Of a stretch of 64,000 bases of DNA, positions 8,939 through 18,079 are shown piece by piece. This stretch comes from Methanobacteriota archaeon (GTDB lineage: Archaea; Thermoplasmatota; Poseidoniia; Poseidoniales; Poseidoniaceae). Under the pieces are notes generated by a model. That model was not told where the DNA came from, searched no databases, and saw only the letters and a list, made by a program, of their open reading frames with translations. The stretch lies in assembly GCA_018662825.1 (NCBI GenBank), contig JABJFI010000032.1:50-64049 (forward strand). The letters run 5' to 3'. The stretch's first letter is position 1; every line of letters begins with the position of its first letter. Position numbers and translations under genes: made by a program.

Positions 8939-9042
8939 CTCACTATACCTCGAGTAAGGGTCCTTTTCGTGAAAATTCATGAGACCGCCCCACTCGCAAA
9001 GAACATGAAGGGGCAGTGCTTCGCTCATCACAAGGGAATCAC

Positions 9043-9990
9043 ATGGTTGTGCTATCAGGCAGTAATTCTCGCTTACTAGCAAAACAACTAGCTGATTCAT
9101 TAAATTGGGAACATCATCAACTTGAAACACGTCGATTTCCTGATTCCGAAGGTTACATTCGAATCCCGAGTGAGACTATTGATGCTGTTAGAAAAGAACC
9201 CGTTGTCTTGGTGTCCAATACTTTTCCGGATTCTGGGATTGTTGAAACTCTATTAATGCTTGAAGCCATCAATGATGTTCGAAAAGGGAACATGGAGAAC
9301 CTAAGAGAGATAGGGCCGCAAACCATGGACGATGTAGGCCCGGGAATCTTACTAGCTGTTCCTTACTTTGGATATTCTCGGCAGGATAAACGGTTCAAAC
9401 CTGGAGAAGCCGTTTCTGCTCGAGCAATTGGCCATCTTCTTGCCTCTCGTTGTGACGGCATCATTGTCTTTGATCTACATGCTCCCTCTGTTCTTCAAGA
9501 CTTGCCGGTTCCAGTAGCATTCACTTCTGCAATGCCTGAACTTGCGCTTCATCTTCAAGAAACCGTTCAACCAGACTTCATCCTTTCACCTGACAAAGGT
9601 GCAATAGAAAGAGCATCGAAGGTTGCTAAGGAGATTGACTGTGAATTTTCTTACTTAGAAAAGACTCGAATTGATGCACATACGATTGTGCATAAGGCGA
9701 AAGACCTCAATGTGAATGGAAAGACTGTTGCTATAGTCGATGATATGATTGCAACAGGTGGAACAATTTGTAGAGCGGCAGAAGCACTCCGAAACCAAGG
9801 AGCAATTGCCGTTCATGCTGCTTGCTCTCATGGCCTATTTACCGGAGGTGCAATTGCAAGATTGATTCGTTATGTCGATGGGGTTCATGCTACTGGCTCG
9901 TTGTCAAATCCCCGCGATGTGATATCCGGCGGACCTGCACTTGCCCGAGGCGTAAATGAATTATTTGACCGACTTGATTGGAAACTATAG
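9043..9990 (+). CDS. prs: ribose-phosphate pyrophosphokinase (PRPP synthetase)
   Basis: VPYFGYSRQDKRF and the PRPP-binding loop VAIVDDMIATGGTICRAAEALRNQGA. The ATG at 9043 gives the canonical MVVLSGSNS N-terminus; the ORF track GTG is at 9016. Confidence 0.9.
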   Translation: MVVLSGSNSRLLAKQLADSLNWEHHQLETRRFPDSEGYIRIPSETIDAVRKEPVVLVSNTFPDSGIVETLLMLEAINDVRKGNMENLREIGPQTMDDVGPGILLAVPYFGYSRQDKRFKPGEAVSARAIGHLLASRCDGIIVFDLHAPSVLQDLPVPVAFTSAMPELALHLQETVQPDFILSPDKGAIERASKVAKEIDCEFSYLEKTRIDAHTIVHKAKDLNVNGKTVAIVDDMIATGGTICRAAEALRNQGAIAVHAACSHGLFTGGAIARLIRYVDGVHATGSLSNPRDVISGGPALARGVNELFDRLDWKL

Positions 9991-10076
9991 CCTCGCAGTA
10001 GCCCTTTTATCCGAGCATATTTCGGCGTAAAACAATAAAATATAGCAAAGTTGGGCAGTTGTTTCTTTCCGTCGTG

Positions 10077-10084
10077 TTTATATC
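10077..10084 (+). promoter_or_regulatory. candidate TATA box (TTTATATC) for the L7Ae-S28e-L24e operon
   Basis: AT-rich box about 40 nt upstream of the GTG start at 10126. Position is compatible with an archaeal promoter and a short leader. No experimental support. Confidence 0.3.
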
Positions 10085-10125
10085 CGCGAGGTTATGCGGA
10101 GGAACGCCCTTAACATGAGGACAGA

Positions 10126-10506
10126 GTGATTCCAGTGACTGTACACGTGCAATTTGAAACCCCTGAAGAAGTATCGAACCAAATCTATGATATGCTACAA
10201 GCCAATTCCAACGGCCGTATCAAGAAAGGTAGTAATGAAGTGACCAAAACCGCAGAACGTGGTACTGCTCAATTCATTATCCTTGCAGAAGATGTAAACC
10301 CTCCTGAACTTCTTGCACACGTTCCTCTTATCTGTGCTGAGAAAGATATCCCATTCGGATATGTTCCTTCTCAAGAACACCTTGCCCAAGCCGCTGGTCT
10401 TCCAGTTGGCGTGAAAGCGGCGTCCATTGCTGTGATGGAAATCACCAAAGGCGCTCAAGAAAGTTTTACCAAAGTTGTTGAAGCCATTAAAGGCCTCAAA
10501 GCTTGA
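10126..10506 (+). CDS. rpl7ae: 50S ribosomal protein L7Ae
   Basis: KKGSNEVTKTAERGTAQFIILAEDVNPPELLAHVPLICAEKDIPFGYVPSQEHLAQAAG is the canonical L7Ae/L30e core. Confidence 0.93.
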   Translation: MIPVTVHVQFETPEEVSNQIYDMLQANSNGRIKKGSNEVTKTAERGTAQFIILAEDVNPPELLAHVPLICAEKDIPFGYVPSQEHLAQAAGLPVGVKAASIAVMEITKGAQESFTKVVEAIKGLKA

Positions 10507-10529
10507 TTTGAATATTGGAGATGACAAAG

Positions 10530-10754
10530 ATGAGCGAAGAACTCGGTGGATGGCCTGCTGAAGTCGTCGAAATTGTCGGTCGAACCGGTATGACAGGCGA
10601 AGCAACTCAAGTGAAAGTTCGTGTGAACGATGCCCCAAACCCTCGTGACGTTGGACGAATTATCTCTCGAAATGTCTTGGGTCCTATTCGTGTGGGCGAT
10701 ATTTTGATGCTCAAGGATACTGGCCGAGAAGCCCGTAAATTGAATGCACGGTGA
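10530..10754 (+). CDS. rps28e: 30S ribosomal protein S28e
   Basis: [24 protein letters not shown]...[34 protein letters not shown] at 10517-10520 favours the ATG at 10530; the ORF track starts at 10515. Confidence 0.9.
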   Translation: MSEELGGWPAEVVEIVGRTGMTGEATQVKVRVNDAPNPRDVGRIISRNVLGPIRVGDILMLKDTGREARKLNAR

Positions 10755-10948
10755 TGAACATGCCTGAACGACGTATTTGCAACTTTTCTGGAGAAGAGAT
10801 CGAACCTGGAACAGGTATGATGTTCGTTCGACGAGACGGTAGTGTCTTGTGGTTCAAGAACTCAAAGGCTCGCAAAAACATGGTGAAACTCAAGAGAAAC
10901 TCTCGTCGTGTTAAGTGGACCCGTCACTTTGTCAAGGGCGGCGTTTAA
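10754..10948 (+). CDS. rpl24e: 50S ribosomal protein L24e
   Basis: RICNFSGEEIEPGTGMMFVRRDGSVLWFKNSKARKNMVKLKRNSRRVKWT. The start overlaps the S28e stop (GTGATGA). Confidence 0.9.
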   Translation: MNMPERRICNFSGEEIEPGTGMMFVRRDGSVLWFKNSKARKNMVKLKRNSRRVKWTRHFVKGGV

Positions 10949-11068
10949 GCCTCAGGAACTTTTTCCTTTGTCATTGCTTGATTTTTACAATAATAGTGTG
11001 CAACCGCTGTTGTGATTATTCCGTATGGCTCATAAAGGGGAGTCAAGTGGGCTGAATCGGTGAACAAC

Positions 11069-11515
11069 ATGGAAACTACCTATGTAATGGTCAAGCCTGA
11101 TGGCGTGCAACGTGGATTGATTGGAGAAATTATTGGACGATTTGAGCAAAAAGGTCTCAAATTAGTTGGACTGAAGTCGGTTATCCCTAGCAGAGAAACT
11201 GCAGAAACTCACTATGCAGTTCACGCTGAACGCCCATTCTACCCTGGACTTATCAAATTCGTAACCTCTGGACCCGTTGTCTGTATGGCTTGGGCCGGAA
11301 AAGATGCAATCGGTGTCGCCCGTACACTCATTGGTGCAACCAATGGCCGCGAAGCTGCTCCTGGAACAATCCGTGGAGACTTTGGAATGGATATGGGATA
11401 CAACATGATTCACGGCTCTGATGCTCCTGAAACCGCTGAGTTTGAACTTGGACTCTGGTTCCCAGAAGGTTTGATGGATTGGGAACAAACCATCACATCA
11501 TGGGTTTATGAATAA
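11069..11515 (+). CDS. ndk: nucleoside diphosphate kinase
   Basis: [43 protein letters not shown] and NMIHGSD (active-site His). The ORF track GTG is at 11060. Confidence 0.93.
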   Translation: METTYVMVKPDGVQRGLIGEIIGRFEQKGLKLVGLKSVIPSRETAETHYAVHAERPFYPGLIKFVTSGPVVCMAWAGKDAIGVARTLIGATNGREAAPGTIRGDFGMDMGYNMIHGSDAPETAEFELGLWFPEGLMDWEQTITSWVYE

Positions 11516-11540
11516 CTGAGTCATACAGTAGTTGATTCAC

Positions 11541-13553
11541 ATGTCTAATGAAGTGATTGATGAGGCAGAGGCTGTCGAAGAAACGCTTCGCCAACCCATC
11601 GTCGCAGTCACAGGACATGTCGACCATGGAAAAACAAGTCTACTCGACTTGCTCCGTTCTATTGGTGGAAACAAAACCAATGTTATGAATCGCGAAGCAG
11701 GTGGAATTACACAGGAACTTGGCGTGACCAATGTACCCTCAGAATTACTTGTTAAAGCGATTCAAACCATGCCTTTCAAAGAAAAGCCCAAATTTGAGAG
11801 CCCTGGTATTATTTTTCTCGATACGCCAGGGCACGAATCATTTGGCTCCATTAGAAATCGAAGTGGTAGTGTTGCAGATATTGCAATTCTTATCGTCGAT
11901 ATCGTTGAAGGTTTCAAACCCCAAACAATTCAAAGTATCGAAATATTAGAACAAAACGACATACCTTTCATCATTGTAGGAAATAAAATTGACAGGATTC
12001 ATCAATGGGAATCAAAACGTGGACGTTCTTCTTGGCAATCTTGGAATGAACAATCGAAAGATGTTCAGAAAATGGCTGATGACTATTATTTCAAACTACT
12101 CGGCCAAGTTGCTTCATATTCGAAATTTAATCTCTCAAAATATTGGGATGGCATCAAAACCTTCGATATCAAAAATGACCGTCTCTTCGTACCAATGAGT
12201 GCCAAAGAAGGCGAAGGGCTGCAAGATTTGCTCTTCGTGATTCTTGCTATGGCTGAAAAGTTTGCTCGTGAAGACCTAATCATTCACGCTGAAGATATGG
12301 CGGAAGGCTATGTGTTAGAATCACGAGAAGAAATTGGGGTTGGAAAAACCATTGATATAATTCTCACAAAAGGAACAATACAAGTTGGTGACAGTGTCGC
12401 ATACAACACAAATGACGGGCCTATTGCAGATTTGAGTCATGCTGATGATTCGACAAGTGTACGCATCCGTTCGATTCGCAAACCGATGGGTATGGCGGAA
12501 ATGAGAGATGCTGGGAAACGATGGGAAAATGTCCAGTTTGCTTCTGCTGCATCGGGATTGAAACTGGTAATTCCAAGAATGAAGGAAATTCATATTGGTA
12601 GCAAAATATTTTTCCCGAAGCCAGAAGAAGACTTAGAACTGATTTTCAAAGAAATGAAACTAGAAAACAAGAGAATTCGAGATGATGCACCAATCATGTG
12701 CAGTATCTGCAGTGAAGTTCTCTCACGAAAGGATTTTTCCACGCTTCATACCAATCCAAGTGCAAAGGGAGATGGCTTTTCTCAAGGTTGCCAAACAGCA
12801 CGAGAAGTTCGCGAAGGTGCTGTTGTGAAAGCAAGGACTTTTGGTGGTCTTGAAGCTGTATTGTATGAATTGAAAAAGCGAAAAATTCCAATTAGTCATG
12901 CCGAAGTTGGGCCTGTCAACAAACGAGATGTACGTGAAATTCTTGCAACTGCTAATGATGAGCACAAATTCCTTATCGCCTTAGCAGTCAAAGGAAACGA
13001 ACAGGTTGAACGAGAAATCAAAGAGGCTGAAAAATCTAATAAATCTGTTGATTTCAATTATGTTCAAGGAGATATCATTTACCAGATAATGGATCAAATT
13101 GATGAAAGAATTGAAGAGATTCGTGAAGAAACAGCAAATTCTGATTCGGGCCTTCTGTTCCGGCCAGCGCAAATCCGATATCTCAATATGTCATTTAAGG
13201 ACAAACCCGCAGTCTTTGGAGTTCAAGTTCTCAAAGGTCAAATTCGAGTCGGCCAAGAGTTGCTGAGAAGTGATGGAACAGGTCGGATTCTCGGAAAGAT
13301 TCTCTCGATTGGCACCGATGGTGAGAAAATCGCTCATGAAGGAGAACAAGTTCCTATTCAAGTCAATATCAGATTCTCAAGAAGCAACATCGTCGAGGAC
13401 GAGATATTCTATGGTAATGTGCTCGAAGAAGATTCAAAGAACATGAGAAATGTGTCATTGAGCGAATCAGAAAAGGATGCCTTCATGGAGATAATCAAAA
13501 TACATCAAGAAATACTCCAAGAATTTGGATATGGTTTCGGATGGAAACCCTAA
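11541..13553 (+). CDS. infB: translation initiation factor aIF5B (IF-2 homologue)
   Basis: GTPase motifs GHVDHGKTSLLD, DTPGHESF, GNKID and SAKEG. Conserved archaeal position after ndk. Carries an extra Cys-containing segment (CSICSEV...SQGC) before domain III. Confidence 0.9.
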   Translation: MSNEVIDEAEAVEETLRQPIVAVTGHVDHGKTSLLDLLRSIGGNKTNVMNREAGGITQELGVTNVPSELLVKAIQTMPFKEKPKFESPGIIFLDTPGHESFGSIRNRSGSVADIAILIVDIVEGFKPQTIQSIEILEQNDIPFIIVGNKIDRIHQWESKRGRSSWQSWNEQSKDVQKMADDYYFKLLGQVASYSKFNLSKYWDGIKTFDIKNDRLFVPMSAKEGEGLQDLLFVILAMAEKFAREDLIIHAEDMAEGYVLESREEIGVGKTIDIILTKGTIQVGDSVAYNTNDGPIADLSHADDSTSVRIRSIRKPMGMAEMRDAGKRWENVQFASAASGLKLVIPRMKEIHIGSKIFFPKPEEDLELIFKEMKLENKRIRDDAPIMCSICSEVLSRKDFSTLHTNPSAKGDGFSQGCQTAREVREGAVVKARTFGGLEAVLYELKKRKIPISHAEVGPVNKRDVREILATANDEHKFLIALAVKGNEQVEREIKEAEKSNKSVDFNYVQGDIIYQIMDQIDERIEEIREETANSDSGLLFRPAQIRYLNMSFKDKPAVFGVQVLKGQIRVGQELLRSDGTGRILGKILSIGTDGEKIAHEGEQVPIQVNIRFSRSNIVEDEIFYGNVLEEDSKNMRNVSLSESEKDAFMEIIKIHQEILQEFGYGFGWKP

Positions 13554-13661
13554 CCCGGCTTCTGCAAATTCATCTGACCCTTAATTTTGCATGACATAAT
13601 CACACCTCACATTCATATATGGATAGACTGCGATGTCCTAATATCCTCGGAGGACAAACAC

Positions 13662-14672
13662 ATGGAAGCAGGATTTACTGGGACATCTGCAATGGGGCAA
13701 AACCCTGCCGCTCAAGACTTAATAGGGACTGTATCTGCTATTTCGAACAGTTTGATGAATGAAGTTGGTAAGGTAATTATCGGTAAGCCCCAAAACCTCC
13801 GACGGGTCACCGTTGGTATTTTATCAAACGGAAACATGTTACTCGAAGATTTCCCTGGTTTGGCAAAAACTTTGCTTGCAAATACCTTTGCTCGTGCATT
13901 AGGATGTAAATTCAAGCGAGTTCAATTTACTCCCGATTTGCTTCCTTCTGATATCATGGGGACTTACATGTATGACCAAAAATCTGGTGATTTCAAACTA
14001 CGTGCCGGTCCATTGTTTTCAAATATCCTTCTTGCGGACGAAATTAACCGTGCTCCACCAAAAACACAAGCCGCTTTACTTGAAGCAATGGAAGAAAAGC
14101 AAGTTACCATTGAGGGAATTACCCACAAACTTCCTGCACCTTTCGTAGTTTTGGCTACTCAAAACCCAATCGAACAAGAAGGAACTTACCCGCTACCTGA
14201 AGCACAAATGGACCGTTTCTTGATGAAGATGAGCATGGGTTATCCAGACAGACCACAAGAAAAGGCAATTCTCGCTCGTAGAAAACTACGTGGAAAGGAT
14301 GGGCACGATGTCGAACAAATCACATCTCCAAAGAAAGTCGTTGCAATGCAAAAAGCATTGGAAACTGTTCACGTTGACCCTGCGATTCTTTCCTATATTG
14401 TTGAAATCGTTCAACGCACTCGAGAAGACCATCGTGTTACCAACGGCGCTTCACCACGTGCATCACAATCGTTGTTCAAGACCGGGCGTGCTGCTGCCGC
14501 TATTGCTGGACGAAACTATGTCATTCCTGACGATGTCAAAGGAATTGCACTGCAAATTATCTCTCATCGTATCAACATGAAACCTGAAGCAAAGATTCGA
14601 GGAATCACCGGCATGCATATTGTTCGAAAGATCCTTTCCGAAGTACCCGTCCCTGTGATTCAACCCGCTTGA
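13662..14672 (+). CDS. MoxR-family AAA+ ATPase
   Basis: LLEDFPGLAKTLLANTFARAL (Walker A variant), FTPDLLPSDIMG, LLADEINRAPPKTQAALLEAMEEKQVTIEG (Walker B/sensor) and VLATQNPIEQEGTYPLPEAQMDRF. GGAGG lies 9 nt before the ATG at 13662. Confidence 0.88.
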   Translation: MEAGFTGTSAMGQNPAAQDLIGTVSAISNSLMNEVGKVIIGKPQNLRRVTVGILSNGNMLLEDFPGLAKTLLANTFARALGCKFKRVQFTPDLLPSDIMGTYMYDQKSGDFKLRAGPLFSNILLADEINRAPPKTQAALLEAMEEKQVTIEGITHKLPAPFVVLATQNPIEQEGTYPLPEAQMDRFLMKMSMGYPDRPQEKAILARRKLRGKDGHDVEQITSPKKVVAMQKALETVHVDPAILSYIVEIVQRTREDHRVTNGASPRASQSLFKTGRAAAAIAGRNYVIPDDVKGIALQIISHRINMKPEAKIRGITGMHIVRKILSEVPVPVIQPA

Positions 14673-14743
14673 AATTTAACAGATGGGGTCATCATTGAAA
14701 GGGGAAGACCATTCTCCCTCAACATGTCCGAGGAGGTGCTAAG

Positions 14744-15703
14744 TTGAATCCCTACAAGATGGTCGTTGCAGTTGCAAATCAGAAAGGTGGTTGTGCGAAA
14801 ACCACCACTGCGGTAAATTTGGCTGCAGCACTCGCCAAAGGCTCTTCCAGACAAGGACTTCCCAAGGCAAAAGTCCTGCTCATTGACCTTGACCCTCAAG
14901 GAAATTGTGCTACATCCTTTGGTGTTGAGAAGAAGAACATCAAAAAAACAGCATATGATTTACTTGCAAACGATTCTGGAGAAGATTTGCCCCTCATGGA
15001 AGAATATCTCATTGGCCCTAAGGAACTGACTCAATCAATGCGTGACGCTTGGAGTCTTCGCAACAATAACAAAAAGGCACCGGACAACCTCTCTGTCGGC
15101 CATTTGTGGTTATTACCTAGTGATATCCACCTCTCGGGTGCTGAAATTGAACTCAGTCACAAAATTGGACGAGAAACTCGTTTGCGAGAAGCCTTACTCC
15201 CGATTATCGATAACTTCGATTACATCATTATTGATACACCACCTTCATTGGGATTGCTTTCGATTAACGCAATGTGTGCTGCAAACTGGGTGATGGTCCC
15301 TGTGCAAGCGGAATACTATGCTCTAGAAGGTTTCAGTATGTTGATGAATTCTATCAAAATGATTCAGCGACGAATAAATCGAAACTTGAAAATTTTTGGT
15401 ATCGCCATGACCATGGTCGATGCTCGTTCAAAACTCAGTCGACACGTATGTGATGAAGTCAATCGGAAAATGCCGAACAAATTGTTCAAAACCACAGTGC
15501 GCCGCTTGGTGAAAGTAGCCGAAGCACCTTGGAGTGGAGCACCGACCGTGCTACTCAACAAACCAACAAATTCTGGTGCTGGCGCTGGTTCTTTGGAATA
15601 CTGGACACTTTCGAAAGAATTTCATCAGCGGGTCATTGAAATGCGCCGAGAATTTGGAGTTTCAGAAAACCCAAGATTGTTACTTGAGCGAAAAAACCGT
15701 TGA
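14744..15703 (+). CDS. ParA/Soj/SegA-like partition ATPase
   Basis: Deviant Walker A VAVANQKGGCAKTTTAVNLA. IIIDTPPSLGLL (Walker B region). The TTG start is preceded by GAGGAGGTG (14730-14738). Contains a ~60-aa insertion relative to compact ParA proteins. Confidence 0.85.
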   Translation: MNPYKMVVAVANQKGGCAKTTTAVNLAAALAKGSSRQGLPKAKVLLIDLDPQGNCATSFGVEKKNIKKTAYDLLANDSGEDLPLMEEYLIGPKELTQSMRDAWSLRNNNKKAPDNLSVGHLWLLPSDIHLSGAEIELSHKIGRETRLREALLPIIDNFDYIIIDTPPSLGLLSINAMCAANWVMVPVQAEYYALEGFSMLMNSIKMIQRRINRNLKIFGIAMTMVDARSKLSRHVCDEVNRKMPNKLFKTTVRRLVKVAEAPWSGAPTVLLNKPTNSGAGAGSLEYWTLSKEFHQRVIEMRREFGVSENPRLLLERKNR

Positions 15704-15824
15704 TTTCTCCTTTTGAAGATTAACTTTTGGCCTTCAAATCGGTGTTTCATTGCATCATCTCTTCGCGCAGGTTAAGTATACTATAGAACAGAGCAGGTTC
15801 GGGATAGTTATGACAGGTGAAGGG

Positions 15825-16052
15825 ATGACCTCGGTCAGTGTGAGTTACGAAGTACGTCGACAACTCAATACAATGCGAACGATGAGTGGGCACAAAAGTG
15901 TCAATGAACTGCTAACAGATTTGGTACGTGCTCATAAAATTTCTATGATGAATGGAGAAATTGAAACACTCCGAGATAGAATGAAAGCAGTAGCAGATGT
16001 CGAAATTGAACACCTGGTCGATCGACTTAATCTCGCACCATTCAAGGTTTGA
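15825..16052 (+). CDS. ribbon-helix-helix (CopG/Arc/MetJ-type) DNA-binding protein
   Basis: MTSVSVSYEVRRQLNTMRTMSGHKSVNELLTDLV gives an N-terminal beta-strand, helix 1, a G-x-S turn and helix 2. A long coiled C-terminal helix follows. The ORF track begins at 15750; ATGs lie at 15810 and 15825. Confidence 0.6.
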   Translation: MTSVSVSYEVRRQLNTMRTMSGHKSVNELLTDLVRAHKISMMNGEIETLRDRMKAVADVEIEHLVDRLNLAPFKV

Positions 16053-16057
16053 TTTTC

Positions 16058-16312
16058 ATGATGGAATGGCGTCCAAAAGGATACGAATTCAATGCCAAAA
16101 ACCTTGTCCGTGCACTGTTTAGCGAGCACACCGATGAAGGTAAATTACTCGAAGCTGCTGCTTGTGGCTATGTTGAAATCTTTGCATGTTCCAATGCTTG
16201 GAATGGTGTTTTATGGCTGATAATGAGCACTCTAAAGGAAGAAGGAAAACCCATCTATAATGGTGAAGAATTGAAAGCGCTTCAAGAATCATTGCCAATT
16301 GTTTGGCGTTGA
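16058..16312 (+). CDS. hypothetical small acidic protein, translationally coupled to the RHH gene
   Basis: The ORF overlaps or abuts the RHH stop (TTG 16049, ATG 16058/16061). No recognisable motif. Confidence 0.4.
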   Translation: MMEWRPKGYEFNAKNLVRALFSEHTDEGKLLEAAACGYVEIFACSNAWNGVLWLIMSTLKEEGKPIYNGEELKALQESLPIVWR

Positions 16313-16359
16313 TTCACAAGGATTCACATTCCACGATAAAAGTGGACCATCTCGATTAT

Positions 16360-17184
16360 TTATTTGCCAATCTGTGAAATCGATGACTGTCTCCAGCGTA
16401 GGTAAGAATATGCTGGAATTGAGGTTGTAATCACTGCACCGAACCAACAGATTAGAGTCCCTAGAATTATTCCATTTACTGGTAAAGCCCACGGTGCAAT
16501 CAGCGAATACACGGCAACTGAAGATCCCCCTAGCATCATGGGCCCTGCTGCCCCTGTTGGGACATCAGAGCCTTGAGCCATCCATAGTGCCACCATTGTT
16601 GTCAAGAATATTGCAGGGAATACCGAGGCAAGGCCAGCAATGATTGGCTGACCCATACTGGATAACTGGACTGCAATTCCTATAGCAGTTGCAGCAGCTA
16701 ATCCGCGCATAAGTAGGACTTTCTTAGTCACAGAATTCTTTCCTTTTGGCGCTTTTTGCGGAATCCAAGTCATCCATATTCCAAGTCCAAGTAATGCAAC
16801 TAATCCAACAATACCGATCATGCTTTCAGAAAAAATATTGAGCGCTTGCGTTAATGAAATCGTCATCAAAAGGGCTAGGAGTGACCAGAATGCTAGAGAA
16901 ACAAATGTCATTTGAGCAAGAGTCACTCCTTCTTTCATCCTAGGAATAACAACCCAAGATGCAACGAAAAGAGCATTGAGTAACATCCAAAACGGAATCA
17001 GTGACATACTGGTGGCGAGATCTTCTGAGCCACCTTCGATATACATTCCAATTGTTGCTGGAACAATGGTTGTGGGAAGAGTACCAAGTATTCCACCAAT
17101 TATACCACCCCATTTCTCAATGGCTACAGTGACTAGAATTGCCACTATGCCAGCGAATAAAGCGGATAAAAGTACAGAGTACAC
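16360..17184 (-). CDS. polytopic integral membrane protein (about 8 TM), unknown function
   Basis: Almost entirely hydrophobic helices rich in G/A/I/L (e.g. LSALFAGIVAILVTVAI, GIIGGILGTLPTTIVPATIGMY). The two halves look internally similar. Confidence 0.6.
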   Translation of the reverse strand: MYSVLLSALFAGIVAILVTVAIEKWGGIIGGILGTLPTTIVPATIGMYIEGGSEDLATSMSLIPFWMLLNALFVASWVVIPRMKEGVTLAQMTFVSLAFWSLLALLMTISLTQALNIFSESMIGIVGLVALLGLGIWMTWIPQKAPKGKNSVTKKVLLMRGLAAATAIGIAVQLSSMGQPIIAGLASVFPAIFLTTMVALWMAQGSDVPTGAAGPMMLGGSSVAVYSLIAPWALPVNGIILGTLICWFGAVITTSIPAYSYLRWRQSSISQIGK

Positions 17185-17241
17185 TAATTGTTTCGAAATG
17201 CATTTCCTGTATTATTGTTACTAACTCCCTTCTTTGCAGGG

Positions 17242-17336
17242 TTTGACCCAATATAGCGTAGTGTTTGCATTTCAGACGGTAGCGAATGATTCGGCCCACT
17301 GCGTTCCCATTGATTGGGTCAAAACGAATCAGTGGG
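17242..17336. repeat. two interleaved perfect inverted repeats (11 bp and 7 bp) in a divergent intergenic region
   Basis: A TTTGACCCAAT 17242-17252 pairs with A' ATTGGGTCAAA 17313-17323. B CCCACTG 17295-17301 pairs with B' CAGTGGG 17330-17336. The order is A-B-A'-B'. Confidence 0.6.
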
Positions 17337-17417
17337 TTTGTGCATTAACCCTTTGATTCGTTAGAAAAACGATTGAATCAACGGTTGATTTAAAATAACG
17401 AAAGTCCACGCTAAAAC

Positions 17418-17951
17418 ATGCGAAAAAGCCAGATTTTTGTTTTGTTTGTGATTTTTTTATTACCTATGTCAGGCTGTATCGATGGTTCAGATGCCGAGGA
17501 AGAGTCCGGAGACCAGACAGTATCATCAACAAATCATCACCCTGTGATTTATGGTTATGTAGACTTTGGGGAGTACCAGCATCAAAACTTAACAAGCTTT
17601 TTTGATGTTCTTGTTTCACAAAATTATGCACATGCAATAGATTTTGATGGTACAATTACTCAATTCGGCATAGACACAAATCAAGATGGTGTAATCGATT
17701 TGGAAATAAATCAATCGAATGATGGCCCCGGATCCAAAATTGTAAACGGAAGCGACTCAGAAGTTTGGAAGAACCCGACTGAATATTACTTTTCTACAAC
17801 TTCGGATGTGCAGTTTTGTTACCAGTGGTTATCAATTATTGCCGTGGATGATGACGGAGGCAAAACTGTTGAACCATTCATAATTTCATTTGAGTATGAT
17901 GACCAAAACAATGAATGTCTAAAGACTTCATCGTATATTATTCTAGACTGA
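17418..17951 (+). CDS. small secreted lipobox protein, unknown function
   Basis: Signal peptide MRKSQIFVLFVIFLLPMSGC (lipobox-like). Acidic mature part with D-x-D-G type motifs (AIDFDGTITQFGIDTNQDGVIDLEI, AVDDDGGKT). Confidence 0.6.
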   Translation: MRKSQIFVLFVIFLLPMSGCIDGSDAEEESGDQTVSSTNHHPVIYGYVDFGEYQHQNLTSFFDVLVSQNYAHAIDFDGTITQFGIDTNQDGVIDLEINQSNDGPGSKIVNGSDSEVWKNPTEYYFSTTSDVQFCYQWLSIIAVDDDGGKTVEPFIISFEYDDQNNECLKTSSYIILD

Positions 17952-18079
17952 GAAAACGTATTCAAAGGGGGGCCCTCTGATTAGGCATCCAAGCAGTGGG
18001 TACCCTCTGCTTACCCATCAGAGCAGGTGGCCAGACTGCAAAGAAATCTTCATAATTGGACACTCCCCGTATGTAACTG

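Noticed and set aside
8787-9042. tRNA-Ile as an integration hotspot for a genomic island
   Set aside because: No integrase and no second copy of the tRNA 3' end was noticed in the window. The flanking genes (PRC-barrel, prs) look chromosomal.
10085-10125. Possible K-turn in the rpl7ae 5' leader (L7Ae autoregulation)
   Set aside because: I looked for tandem sheared G-A pairs flanking a 3-nt bulge. Only a short CCGC/GCGG hairpin and scattered GA dinucleotides are present, which is not enough to claim a K-turn.
10195-10638. 147-aa ORF antisense to rpl7ae/rps28e
   Set aside because: It overlaps two unmistakable ribosomal protein genes on the opposite strand and has no motif. It is treated as a shadow ORF.
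12690-12800. Extra Cys-containing segment in aIF5B (and insertions in UvrB) as inteins
   Set aside because: The segments are too short (about 40-50 aa). They lack intein splicing blocks, i.e. no N-terminal Cys/Ser with a C-terminal His-Asn + Cys/Ser/Thr junction.
15825-16312. RHH + overlapping small ORF as a type II toxin-antitoxin pair
   Set aside because: The architecture (RHH first, coupled ~84-aa second gene) is TA-like. However, the second protein is acidic and shows no RelE/ParE, MazF, HicA or PIN-type motifs. It is not excluded, and I could not support it; the ParA-adjacent partition reading is preferred.
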